A stretch of 64,000 nt of DNA from Lytechinus pictus (Eukaryota). The notes below the pieces were generated by a model, which saw only the letters and a list, made by a program, of their open reading frames with translations, was not told the origin of the DNA and ran no database searches. A program made the position numbers and the translations under genes. The stretch lies in NCBI RefSeq assembly GCF_037042905.1, contig NC_087246.1, forward strand, positions 7,998,001 through 8,062,000, given 5' to 3'. Of this stretch, positions 14,046-28,210 are shown in pieces (within the stretch, counting starts at the first letter, position 1; the number at the start of each line of letters is the position of its first letter).

Positions 14046-17000
14046 CATTAATGTACAGCCTCTCTGCATTGGTCTTAAAATGAATCTGAGCTAGATAGCA
14101 GAGACAAAGGCTTACATTTGCACAGTATAATGATGCATCAATATGAAAATAATTTGAACTGAATAATTCTTTATTACCAAGGGAGTGAAAACATATTTTT
14201 CTTTCATTTTGATATATCCTGTCAATACAGACTAATCATTTGTTGTTTACATGTATATCGTCTGTCAGAGTAATGGGAATAATATTTTCAAAATCAAAAC
14301 ATACAAACAAGGCATTCACGCTTGCATAGAAAGCTCTGTATGACTTTCACAATGATTAGATATGAAAAGCTAAAGTATTGACTAAAATAAACAGAAAAGA
14401 AAGTACATGTAATAGATCAAGTGCACTTTCACTTTTCCTGCTTGCATCCCACCAGGACAACATTGCCAATACATGTATACAACTCAAACTTCCTTCTTCA
14501 AGAGAGTTCTGTAACTCTGACCTATCAGTTTCACACAAAGACTCAGCATCTGTAATTCCCAACCCATTAATAACCCTGTAAATTAAGATTGAGAGGGACA
14601 CACTCGTACCAGCAGACCGGATTCCGGGCGACAAATCACACACACCGGTGCACAGACGCACACTCACACATGCACAGACTGGGTATGGAAACAGAAAGAG
14701 AGAGAACACTGTAGTCATCATGGCAAAGTAGATATGTACACCATGAAAGAAATACTAACGATCCCTGATCGCACAAAGGACAACCAATCGCATGTCAAAA
14801 TCAAAACTAATTTTCAATTCAAGCTGGAGGGTGGTCTGACTAATAAAGCAACTTGAATTTACATATATCAAAATATTGCATTCCCTCATCTCCCCCTCTC
14901 TCTCTATATCTTTCTTTCTCTCTCTCTCATTCTCCCTGTTTTGTTTCATAAACGAAAATAATTTCTCCCTGAAGACACACCAGTTCTTTGTTCTGTTGAT
15001 TTATAAGTTGCACAATTACGACTCATTTCTTGTTTTGCCCCCATCAACCATATTAATAAATTTTAATTTGGCTAATACTCCGATTATTGTCCATTTTACA
15101 ATATTGACTATCCAATTCAGGAATAAACTTGGCAATGAAAATAATGAGTTATATTTGGTTATCAAATAGGCCTACGTGAACATATATGTATAATAGGAAG
15201 AAAGACGTAACAGGCTACATAATACATACATCAGAAAATCAATTATGTAAAGAGAATTTAAGAATTCAATCAAGGAATTCAAATGCAGTGATTCATTTTG
15301 ATCCATAAAGTAAAATGTTAAAGCCATTACTGAAGCCATTCCAAATGAAGGCTTAGCAAATAAATGCAGGTTGGTTTTCCATATCATTGAATATTGTATC
15401 ATGAATGAAGAGCTTGATTTGTGTTTGTTTAAATTTGAGCTGACTGGGAAACTAAGACTGAAAGATGATTCTTTTATGGAATAAAAATCCACAATTGTAT
15501 ACATCTTCATCAGCAAAAGCTGGTATATTATCAGAATCTAATTTCAATTCTTTGATAACGATCTGCAGAAATCAATGTCCTTTGTGTGGTTGGCTTTTCT
15601 CATGGGCACTTTGCTTTGTAGCTAGAGGTTGTTGGAAATCTTGTTTGCAGATCACCTGATAATGCAGAGAGTTTCAGTTTTGGCCGAGACTAATTACGAT
15701 GACGGCCCCTGGAATGGCAACCCTTTGCGTTGCGCCACTGTTGGCTTGGCGACTCCTCATTCCTTTGTCTCCTACCTCTCTTCCCATCGGGTCATGCTTG
15801 GAGAGCCACACGAGGGGAAAGAGAGGAACGAGGGATTGAGTATAAAGCTGCTAGAGAGGAGAGGAGGCAAGAAAATAGGAGAAGAGAGAAAGGGAGGAGT
15901 GTGGTGGTGGTGGAGACGAGGAGGGGCAGAAGAATACCCTAGATATTAAGAGATGGTGAAGAGTATAGGGTAAAAATTGAGAGGAAAACAGAATAAATTG
16001 GACTTTTAAAAAGAAAATGAAAGAGAGATTTTAATAAAAGACAAACTAAAAGAGAGGGGAGATGGAGAGAAAGAGAGGCAATGGAGAAGGTATTAGGAGC
16101 AAGCTGGGGATGGGAATGAAGAAGATTGTCGGATGCTCAAGGAAAGTGATATGAATAAAGGGAGATGGAGAGAAATAGTGCAATATCAGGGGGTTCTAGA
16201 GGGGAAAAGTGAAAGGAAAGCAACACTCATGACAAATGTAAACAATAAGGAAGGAGAACAAATACAGTTTACAAATGAGATTTGATGAAAGACAGGACAG
16301 TATGCATTTCTATCTAGCAGAATCTTCAACAAAGCAAGAAAAAAATACTTGAGGAAATATGAAATGTAATACAGACAAAAACATGTACGATGAAAGTATA
16401 TCCATGTCAGGACAACAAACCAACCTAAAAGTTTCCAACTTCCACAAGGTATGCATTGTGAACATGGCATTCAAAGGGATGATGTTTCTAACATGAGAGA
16501 ACTAAAGAAACTATACAAGTACACTGTAAACAAATTGATTTCCCCAAAAAGAGAGTGAGGAATCCAGATTTCCTTACATTAATTCATAATTTCAAAAATG
16601 AAAATAACTTAATGTGAATGAGCCAAGCTGCTCTGTGATGTGAAAATAAAAAAGGAAAAATCAAAGAATTACACAGCTAACCAAGCATTTACAAGTAAGG
16701 GAGCAAAGGGAAAGAATTTGAAATGCATCCCAATAGGAAAGGATAAAGAGGAGAGAGGGTGGAGGCACCTACATGTAGGTTTGTAAATTGTCGGTTGCAG
16801 TACAGAGGGAGAGAGAGACGGAAAGAAAGATTACATTGTTATGTACAGTATGTGCTGGAAAGATGCAGGAATGAAATAAGAGTTGTTACCGATCATATAC
16901 ACTGGTTATTCGCAAAAATGCAGCATATATATGTGTTCATAGAGGCCATACTTCATATATTGCAGGGTTTTTAGCGGTCATGTTGCTGTTACCCTATCGT

Positions 17001-17911
17001 GCTTGCAACATAATTCTCTGAAGATGAAAAGAAATGGATGTGTAGATTTAAGCATTCTGACTGACCCCTATTCCTAAATGGTCAAAATACATAGGGGCAT
17101 TGGAAAGTGCTCATCGGTGTAGAGTGGTAAGATTACTGCAATATGCTGTATTGGCATATGAACAGGGTTTTGGAGAAAGCCAGAGTGCATAGAGAGATAG
17201 AGAGGAAGAGAGGGAAGACAGAGAAAGAGGATGAATATGAGGTGAGGAGATAAAAGAAGACCCTAAAACACTGTCATAATCAGCCTTTCCTTCCATTCAA
17301 TTGCCTCTTGATAGCCAGAAGTCTCAATCACGCTCTGACGAGTGGCTGGGGTTAGATCGTGGCTGGCGGCAGACACCAAACAGAGAAATCGTGAGGGGAG
17401 ATGGAGACGCAAAGATGAGTGAGCAGTACATGTAGATAGCATGAAGAGAGAGTTGAAGGAGAATAGACAAGAAGGGTGTGGGGGATTAAGCAGAAATATT
17501 GAAGGGTGTTCCAAGATCCTTTAATACTGAAATTCATTGTAAATTCTCATTTCAAATTTCCAACTGATAGATAAATCTTAACAAAAGCAAATTAATTCAT
17601 ATTTTCTATTGCAAGAAACAGACTATCAATCTATCGCAAATTTAAATTGATTGAAAGATTTCAGTATGACTGATATGGGATCTAAAATTTACTTGCAACA
17701 GATTCCAAGCTTATTGTGATTAGGTAGCTTTAAATTACAAGGACATTTTAAACAAATGAAACAATTTTTTCAGAGTTTTATATTTCTGCTATATTAAAGC
17801 AAATAAAGCCACACTGACAGGGATGTTCATGTAGGAGAGTTTTGAGGAGGGCATGCTGCTAGAATCCGACCCATATCTTGATTCTGTTGCATAATATGCA
17901 TGATTCACCTA

Positions 17912-18519
17912 TACCCTTTTTAGACACAATAAAATTTCCTTAACCCAGTACTATAGGTGGGGCTAAATTGCCATTTAGCCCCACCTTTAGTACGGGATTA
18001 TTTGGCCCTGCAAAAAAGCAGGGTTATCCCAGTAATTGCGGTGCTAAGAGCGATAGTACGGGGTTAAGATTGCTAGTGTAAAACGAAAGAGGGCTAAGCG
18101 CTCCCATTCATGCCCCGCAACAGTGCCGACCCTGTTGTCCAATCAGAGGTAAGCATAATGAATATTCATGAACAGCGAATTCGGCGATGAGAATCAAGCA
18201 AATAACGTAATTAGGTCTATCGTATAGCCGGTAAACAATTCCGAGTGAAGTACTTGTACTACGAATGATCGACAAATGTATTTAAAGCGCGCATGATTTT
18301 GGATATGACCCGAATGACCCCTAAGTGCGCTCGTGAATATTCATGAGCTACCACTAGTCAGGGGTTAGCGAGTTTCATGTGTGAAAAGCAAGCATTCCTT
18401 ATCCGGGGTTCGCAATAACAATTTGGCATGTGTGAAAAGGAAAAAAAATAGTTCAGGGTTAAGGACAGTACGGGGTTAGCGATAGTCCGGGGCTAAGAAA
18501 ATCCTGTGTAAAAAGGGTA
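17912..18519. mobile_element. PIF/Harbinger-like MITE, family A copy 1
   Basis: TIR TACCCTTTTTA...TAAAAAGGGTA, 3-bp TSD CTA, subterminal TTAACCCC/TAGCCCC repeats. Confidence 0.85.
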
Positions 18520-21500
18520 CTACAGAGCCAGTACTTAAAATAGATCGTCCCAGTTTCCACATCCACACAGTGTAGGGCCTACATTTTAGAGCTTTAAGGA
18601 CATTTATGAGCATCATATCATTCAAACAGATAATGTGGGCACAGCATACGTAAAATTATCGGCAATAAGTACAGATTTGAGAGTGAGGGGGGGGGGGTAG
18701 AGGGGGAAAGTTTAAAAAATAAAAAAACTGAGCTAAAACTTTTTCACTCTCAACATCTTTAATGTTTAAATTTGCATATCTTAATTAACAGTCTTCAAAG
18801 TTGAACAATGAAAGGCTCTATTGTGTATATGTGAAAAAAATGTAGGGAGGAGTGCATATTTCCAGCAAAAAATAAACCAAGGATTGTTTAAGAAAGAAAT
18901 GTGTCAAACCACTGAATGCTTGTGAACTTCACAACTCAATATGACCTTGTCCTTTATTCAGATAAAATGATTTACATATCAATATCTCGCTTGACCAGTC
19001 TCACTTGACCAGTCAACTCTAGGTCAATGTAATTAAAATTGACCTCGAGCAAGGCAAGGTCATATTCAAATTGTCAAGAAAAGATAATGACTGGTATTGA
19101 CAACATAGTTATGTTAATATAATTCAGTGTATCAAATTGCCACTTTCTGAGCATTGTTATTATTGCCCCCCCCCCTTCCAACACACACTTACACAAGTAT
19201 GTACACATATACCATGAAGCTATACCTATCATTCTACGGGGACCAAATTCTTAAGAACCTTGACTCTTTTATTCTAGTTTGAAACCTCCATTTCTGTATC
19301 ATTATTTGTGGCAAAAATATTGAATTCACAAAAAATGGAATCTGCCCCACCCCCTCTTCCCCAAAGAGTTTAACATGAATCTTCCCCCCCCCCCAACCCT
19401 TTCAATCCTCATCTATTCTACACCATCACTCATTTGATCCCCTCCTGTATCACAGCTACAAAATCAGCCCAGTGTTCACTCCAGTGTTCAGTCCTGTTTC
19501 CATACCATCTCTTGCTCATCACTGGATCTTGCATCCTAAAATCATTAACAATCCCCATAGGAGGGTGGAAACAACTGCCAGCTTTGAGGCTTTTTCCACT
19601 CAAAATTCTATATTATAATATGTCTTGGCTACAGAAACATTCTTTCTCTCTCCTAAAACTGTGGGTATGACATGGACAGTTTCATCACGTCATGTTTCAA
19701 GGCATGTTGATTCAATCATGTATAGACATACATGATGTACATGAAGATAAAAATGACATTATGTACACAGGTGAATATTGTGCATTATCTATCATGCAAA
19801 ACTAATAAAATATGTTTCAATTTATCTCTTGCATTCTATGTTTGCCATTAAAACATGGGTTAATGATTCATAGTTTTCTATTTGTTGTGACGACATCACA
19901 ATGGTAAATAAACATGAACGGTAAATAAACATTGCAACCTTGCCAGGCTGGAATGTACATTATAATACTTGCAAAGTATTCAATTATTATTATGAGCCTA
20001 CACTAGCTAATTAATTTTTGTATTTATATAATTTATCAGCAATCAGTCTACACAACTTCTTGCACATATTTCTCACTTATACTACAGAAACTTGGGTGGT
20101 CATTTGATTAGATTTTGCATGAACTCTTTTCATATATCTCTGGATTCAGGAAAGGCTACATGTAGGACAATAGGGTCTACACACTACATGTACAATGTAT
20201 GTACCCATTCACACAAGTTGTATTAATCAGGACTATAATTGATTTATATTAGAGGCACAAAGAGCACTTTGATTCATTCTTACATCATAATAATGGAAAC
20301 ATGTAAGATCATGTTTCACATCAATACAAACCATTCTGGATATGTGAACACACCAACAGGGCTAGAATACAAATGCTGGTTCTTGTTGAATTCAAACCTT
20401 TGTCATTTTGAGTGGCATTTGTTATTGATTTGATGAGATGAAAAGCTTTCCAATTTATACCTGACTAATGACACCTTGATTCCAAGGCTAATCAATGGAG
20501 GTTAGCGTTCCTTAACACTCTTGTTTTGTGAAATTCAAATGTGCTAGCAACAATAAAGTCAAACATGTTTACAGGGAGGGCCTACTCATTTCATACCATG
20601 TTTCAGTGCACAAACATGCAAGTCAAGATATTGATTTCCTCATATTTGAATACAAATTCACAAATATGCATTATGAATTTGTTTTGTCAGATAATTAGAT
20701 AAGCAGCTGATAGATATGAGAGTTTGATAAAATACATGAACAAGAAGTTGGCTGATTTTTACCTAATAAATACATTCAATCAAATACTACACTCTTTAAA
20801 TCACTACTTTTAATTAAATAGAAATATTTTGTAAGGAGAAATTATAACATTTCATATATGTCTACACGATATTAAGTATCACAAGACTGAATAAGAAACC
20901 ATACGAGGTTGTGATCACAGACCAAATGAATATATGTTGCTGGATGAAGAAGGAAGGAAAATGATAAAAAGTAGATCAATTCCTTGTCCATACGTTCTAA
21001 AGGTCATCAGAGCTGATAATAATTGGGACACATACAGGCAGAAATATACCAATGTTACTCAATTGTTTCACCAAACCTACATGTACCCCTATGAAATGCA
21101 TTTTCACTTCCCCAATTTTGAAAAATAAACCAAAACTAAAAGAACTCCTTTAGGTCTCAAAATAATGGATGCTCATTTTGTGCATTCATACCTGCCTTAA
21201 ACCAGAAAATTTGTGGAGACTTTTTCATCCTATTCCAATGAATGTGCATTCCCTCTTGGTTCACCTCAAAATTTATCATAATTTACTATTTAAAATACCA
21301 TCCCCCCCATAAAAGAATCCCTGCCAAAGTTCTTGTAATCTTTAAATATTTATTTAATGCCCATACATTTTTAAGACATTTTCTTTTGGGGATATTACAA
21401 GTATTACTTTTTGGCAGGTATTGTATGAATATGTTTGTGGGTACAGGCATGATCATGACCATGGACCATGTTATGACTAACAACAACAGCCTTCTGCCTC

Positions 21501-22515
21501 TCACCATGGTCCATGCTCTCACAAGCTATTTTAATACTATGCGTGTAGCTGTCTGCAGGTCAGATACATACATGTCCTAGTTTCTGGCTTTATTCACACT
21601 ATGAAGCAATTTCTTTTATTTTCCCTTGGCTCACTGAAAAACTGGTAGTGTCTACACTTTCCAAAACTGCAGTATCAATTTATCTTTCTAGTGTCTATGC
21701 AATTAAAATCAGAATAGCAAAACAGACTTTGGTCAACGGCATTGCCAACATGCATGTGATCACAAATAGAATGGCAAGGACTTTGCCGTTTTACTAAATA
21801 TAAATATTTAATCGATACATTTTTTTTAGGGGGGGGGTCTGAAGTGTGTATGTAAATCATGACTGGCAGTATGAGAAAACAATATGTATTTGTAATTTTA
21901 TTTGCTTTGTGTAAATGGGCCCTTGTAATACACTTTTGACATATAATATTGAAACCAAGCGTCATATGAACTCATTTTATCAGGCAACCTAGATTGTTAT
22001 TCTCTGAACTGTAATTTCATAACAAAGATGTAGGTCATACACTGTAGGCCTACATATAGCCTGCTATATGTGTAAGTTCATCACCTAGGCAGGGTGAACA
22101 TGGATTGTGTTCCACGGCATTAGAAAATACTATCTTATTCACATGCAAGATAAGTGAAAATGGATCACATTCATAATTGCAGTGGTCTGACCATGGTCTG
22201 ACCAAACTGTGTAGTGCGTATATAAACTCATATCGATAGAAGATGTTGGTTTGTGGTGAACCAGAATATTCTTATAAAAACACACAGGTCTGTAGAACAA
22301 GAATATGACTTAAGATATCTGTTTGATGCATGAATACAGTTTATGGATATGATGTGAACGCAACTATTAATCATATCATTCTCACCTAACAGTTACTGTA
22401 GATAGAATGCTTCTCATTCAGATTTCAGGTGCTCAAGTCACACAGAGCATATTACGTGAAGAGGGGTCCCATGGGTGATACACCTGAGGATATTCTTATT
22501 TGAATAATTTCCTAC

Positions 22516-23074
22516 TATGCTTTTCACACTGCATTTCCTTAACCCCATACTATCCTTAACCCCAGACTATCCTTAACCCCGGACTATCCTTAACCCCATA
22601 CTATATTTTTTTCGATTCACACTGTCTTTCTTAACCCTGTACTATTTGCTTAGCCGGAGTTAACGCCTTAACCCAGAGATGCCAACTTTTGGTAATCAGA
22701 AATAACCCCGGGCAATCACACAGCTCATAAATATTGATGATTTTACCATACAGAGCGCGATTAACGTGCAATTTCGACTTCTGTGATTGGCTAATGCTTA
22801 GCCCCACTTTTGCTTAGCCCTGTTTTGTTTCACACTGCATCTCTTAGCTCCGCAATTGTGGTGCTAGCACCACAATAAGCCGGCTAAATTAACCCTGCTT
22901 TTTTGCAGGGCCAGATAGTACCGTACTATTTACCGTGCTAGCCCACTTTGCTAAAACGTAGTGTGAAAACGAAGTGGGCTAAGCTTAACCCCGGGAAATT
23001 GGTGGGGCTAAGACCCCCCTTAGCCCCACCAATTTCCTGGGGTTAAGGGAAAAAAGTGCAGTGTGAAAAGCATA
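22516..23074. mobile_element. PIF/Harbinger-like MITE related to family A
   Basis: TIR TATGCTTTTCACACTGCA / TGCAGTGTGAAAAGCATA, TSD TAC, tandem 18-bp CCTTAACCCC--ACTAT units. Confidence 0.85.
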
Positions 23075-23469
23075 TACATGTAAATGTGTAAACCATGTCT
23101 TGTATGTTACATGTATGTAGGCCTTTATCTCAAGGTGTTTTGGAAACCGACCTCGATCAAGTAGACTGCTGATGAAATGAATGATCTGACTTCTCAACTA
23201 CACTCATGCCCAATTCTGGTATTTCTGTTTCCAATTTATGAGACGGTGGTTAAACATAATCCAATACAGGAATTCATAGGGCGTCAATTATCTAGTTTCA
23301 CTCAATATAACAACTGTACAATAATAAAGCGTAACATTTAAGTTGGTCGTGAATTGGTGAAAATGTTTGACATCATGTAGATCTTCTTCACTCAATACAC
23401 CTACTGAATGTTCAGAAATCAAGGATAGAGCCTACCTGATCCTACAGGTAAGAGAATTTATAAATTTAA

Positions 23470-24018
23470 CCCCTTGAACCCTATTGGCCGGAATACCAGC
23501 CTTCCAATGAACGTGCATATACCCAGCCTGAATCCATGTGACTTCAAAAACATGGGTTCTAAATGTCGGGTGATCTTTTAAAAATGATGTCATTTAGTTT
23601 CTAGTACGTGTAGGGATATTTAGTCAATAATTTCAGTCAAGATCGGTATTGATTTCGGAAGGATTTAGCATAAAAAATTGGCCACAATATGCCACTTTTC
23701 TGCGGTTGCTTGTGTGGTATGTGTGGTAATACACAGTGTAATATGCGGTGGGTCACATGCTTACTATGGGTAAGCAATTGATAGATTTTATAGTAAAAAC
23801 AGTGATTTTGAGCCCAAAACAGACACTAAAGTTGATATTTCTGTTTGTAGACTAGGTCTACGAGAAGGTAAATAACTTCAGCCGGCCCAGTCCGGGTTAT
23901 AGCGGGGGGAACATGCCGTTGGGTCTCGAATCATGGGAGTTTGTGAATGTGGTCGATACATGAAAATAATTCAGGGTATGGGTCACCGCCGCCCCTTATA
24001 ATTTAGGATTCAAAGGGT
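23470..24018. mobile_element. piggyBac-like non-autonomous element
   Basis: TTAA|CCCCTTGAACCCTA ... TAGGATTCAAAGGGT|TTAA. Confidence 0.7.
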
Positions 24019-27000
24019 TTAAGGAACTTTCTGAGACAAAATTTTTGAAATTTAGTTGTGAACTTTTTACTAGAAGTCCATTGGGTCAGCGTATGGTAAT
24101 TTGCCAATCTAATACAGAAAACAGAGTACTGGCTATTCATGGAATACCAAGTGTTACTGAGAATACATAATAAAGATATTACAGAAAAGGGTATCATATA
24201 CCGGTAGGCCTACTAAGAAACAAAGGAGGAAACCCATAACACTTGGACTACACCTACAGTGTACTACTACTTAGAATTGATTCTTTGGTAAATGTATTTT
24301 GCATACAATAACCTTTTGTGACCTCATCACAAGTGTTCGGCAATTTCACCCTGCTGTAATACAGACAAGCCTGAATGCTTGACCTCTTCACAATGCCTTA
24401 CAAATCAATGATCTTAAAATGTGTCCCTTGCATGCCCTCACTCCTGGAAAGTTGATTTTATTTTCTGGGTATCGCATCATCATGCGAGAGGCAATCAATG
24501 ATTCTGGCTACACTGTGACCGACTGTAATGTACAGAGTTGGAGCTGAACAATCTGGTGCTGCGACGACGAGGGGATGTCGACAAAAGATGAAGAGGTGTA
24601 AACTTCACTTATCTGTCATTGCGAGTGGTTTCAGATAGGGATGGCATACATGTACATCCATTGCTTTCTAATATCTGTTCACATTAATGGATTCAAAATT
24701 TCATATTTTCAAGTATACTGGTCACACCATGTTGCTTGAGATGTTGGGTCAGTATGCCATTTATTGACAGGTATCATAAATCATTCTTGCCATTTTGTAA
24801 TTTAAAGAGGGGATAAGAGACATTGAAACTATACATAAATCATGTGGCTTAGCATATAAAAATGGGGGAAATAGTGGAAAGATCAACGAAAGTATCTGTC
24901 AAAGTGAGGCTTAAAGATGAAAGTGAAGTAACAATTTGTCAATTCATGCAAATCAATCTCTCAGGGTACTTTTAATATTCAAATCACATGATTTTGATCT
25001 TGACATAAAAAGGGAAGTTGCCTTTTCTATTTTATCTCCCCAATCCCCCCCATGTACACGTATGTTATGAAATACAATTTATCAGAAGCATGGACGATTG
25101 TAAAACACATATATTTTACATGTATGAATAAAATAGCTGTTGCATACAACTGAAATATATTATAGAAAGGAGGATGTATTACCCCCTAGTTGTAGAACAG
25201 AAATATAAGTAAACAGAGGACACATGGAGGAAAGGAAGGGATAGTCTGAATTGTGGATGGTTTGGTTAGGAGAAAGAACAAAAAAATAGGAGATAAAGAA
25301 ATAGTGAGGGAGAATAGAGAGAGGGAGAATGAGAGAGAGAGAGAATGAGAGAGAAGGCTTAAAGGCAAACTCTTTCTGTTTGAAGAAGCTAGTGTTTCAG
25401 GGATGGTCAATAAGTAAATAGGTGACTTGTGTGAGGAACCGATGCTGTCTCAGAACGCTCACTGAATCCCATTAACAGGCATCCCTCCATGGAGAAAGAG
25501 AGGAAGATGAAAACCAAGCCTGCACAGGAGCAATAACGCGTAACTAACGGCTGAGCACCCCCTCGATCCTGCTGCATATTTACAAGAGATGCAGGGAGCA
25601 GCAAGTGGGCAGGGTTACATGGCGCAGGCTCAAATTCTCCCTTCATTTGCCTAATTTATGATGCACTGTGTATATGAAAATTCATGCTGCCTCAAAGAGG
25701 GGGCTAGGTATTTATCTGCTAATGGAGGGCTGTATTTCTGTTGAGGGATGAAGATACATCTGCTCCGGGATTTTATCAAAGCCAGGTTAAGACAATTATG
25801 GATTTAGTGGTGACTTTATTATCTGAACTGACAAGTTTGCAAGCCTAGTTCAATGATTACATAGTTCAGTCAAATAAAATTCCATTTTCGATATTAACTT
25901 AAACTGCTTCAAAATTGCTAAGTGCATAACCAATTCAATTTTATAATATATTTATATCAACTCATAAATGCTGAACCAGTTAACCTGGTTCCACTTGCTA
26001 CAATACAAATCAATCCCTATACCACTGCAGTCATACATGTATAATTCGCTTCATTCAATTAGACTTTGTGCAATGAATAATGCCAGTAAGCTTGAGACGT
26101 TGGCCATTATGTCTTTCAAGCACCCAAATAAAACTGGGAAAATCCAATCAAGGTAAATTTTAAGTTGTATTGGGTGCCTTTAGAAAATTATTGCCTGCTT
26201 GATTTTAAAAAATGTGGGCATGCTAATTTGTGTATAAGGAATGTATTAATTTTTCACCTGTAACATAGACTTCTTTTAATTTCTAAATCACCATCATATA
26301 CATATCTTGACTTTCTTGTGCTAATTGTGCAAATGCTGGGAGTATACATGTAGTCTCTCTGTTATAATGTAAAGCAAATGACTTTATCTTTTTCTGTAAT
26401 ATGTCATAAGAAATGACAATAAAGTATGACATCCCACAGTCTGCTACAATTGACTCAGCATTTCCTATATCAGACTTTCCCTTTTGAAAATGAGTTTCCT
26501 GAAAATTTGTTCATGTAAATATTCAAACAACCTTGCAATAATACTGGGTTTCACTGAACAGGTTTTTCAACAGGATTATACTCCCCTACAATTTCCGTTC
26601 ACACTTGAATAGTAAAAAAATATAATAAGGGAAGAGGACAGATGAGAAGTTCAAAACACAACAATGCATCAATACATATAGGAGCGAAACTGTCAGAATA
26701 AATGTCTGCTGGGATAGGAGGGCATGTTCAACTCCCCTCCCCCCAAAAAAAAAAAAAATTATAACAATAATAATAAAATTAATGAAAAGTAAAAAAAAAT
26801 TATAATAATCAAAACAATACATAATAATGATAATTCAAAGAAATTATAAATGATTAAAACAATTAAAAATATAGAATAATTGATATCTAGAATAATTAAA
26901 AAAAATATAAATAAAAAATGAGATAATTTTTAAATGTTTATCTGTAGGATTGACCTTAATGTGAAAATTATCTACTTAGAATTTAATTTGATATAAATGT

Positions 27001-28011
27001 ATAATGTTAGCTAATCTCATTCAAGTATACAATGTATTTAACACCTTTGTATGTACTATGTAGTACATCTGAACATGTATGCTAATCTTATTTTAATTAC
27101 AAAATGAGATCATGACTAATAGTAATACTATACATTTTGTTGACTAATGCAGGGAGTCATTAGTGATGTGAATAGTGCAAGGTTGTAGATTTAATTACCA
27201 AATCAATGATCTGGCTACATGCATAACTGAATATTTTGTGTTTCATCTGAAACAGTAAATAATACATCCTCTTTTGACATTCTGGACAGAACTATCAAAT
27301 ATACTGTGCCCCCTTTTAGACTTATAGAATTTAAATGAAATACTTATCAGGTTTTTTAGAGACTTGATGACTGGGAGGAAACAATTCAAACTGAACTTAT
27401 ATTGCCACAAATCAATCACGAGGGATAGACTGATATGTACTATCGATTATTTGTGAGCAATCATTCAGTACACGACTTTTACAAAATTGATTTACAGTTG
27501 ATCAAGACCTGCTACACTGTCAATCAAATTTGGGGATAAACTTTTCTTTTAATTTACGTTTAAAGATTAAAAGTCATCCAAACTTTCTGGCAATGAAAAT
27601 AAACATAGTTCTTAGTATTTTGTTCATTAATTATTCTCTATTTTAAATTTACATGTATTTTCAATATTGTAAGGACTGCCATGCACTGTACATTAAAGAT
27701 GTGAAAAATAAAAAGGATTAAAATATGATAAGTACTAAGTTTTGAAACAGTTTAAAAAAGGATGATAAAAAAAATTGATAGTAGAGCACTTGTGCCTATA
27801 GATGTTTGTAAATGTATGCCATGTATTCACATGAGCAAAAAGGTTTCTACAAGTTCCTTGTCACTTAACATTTTACACCCTTATAGAGTTTGTTTCCCAT
27901 TAAATGCCACTTCACAAATGAGATTTACTTTGATTTTTTTCTCGAACTTTCAAGAGTAAATCACGTTTGATAGACCATCAGCCATCAGTCCATCCTCATC
28001 AGAGTCTTAGA

Positions 28012-28210
28012 TCCCATTTTCACATACATGTACGAGTGAAGGCGGCATGAGGCCGGCCTCACGCGGCCTTGAACATACATGTATGTGTAAACACACAAGT
28101 GGACTGACGCTGCCTTGAAACCACCTCGATTTCGGTCCACCTCTGGAGGTGATTTGAGGTTGCCTTTGAGGTGGCGTGAAGGCACCTTCTCGTATGTGTA
28201 TAAACACAAA
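28012..28210. mobile_element. Degenerate GC-rich palindromic MITE
   Basis: CACATAC...ACGAGTGAAGG / CCTTCTCGTATGTG inverted ends; TSD not resolved. Confidence 0.45.

Noticed and set aside
22535-22605. Regular CCTTAACCCC repeats resembling telomeric DNA or a CRISPR array
   Set aside because: They are subterminal repeats inside a MITE with TIRs and a TSD; not TTAGGG arrays, no unique spacers, no cas genes.
27960-28006. CTGATGAG on the minus strand as a hammerhead core (also at about 31997)
   Set aside because: No stem II followed by GAAA.
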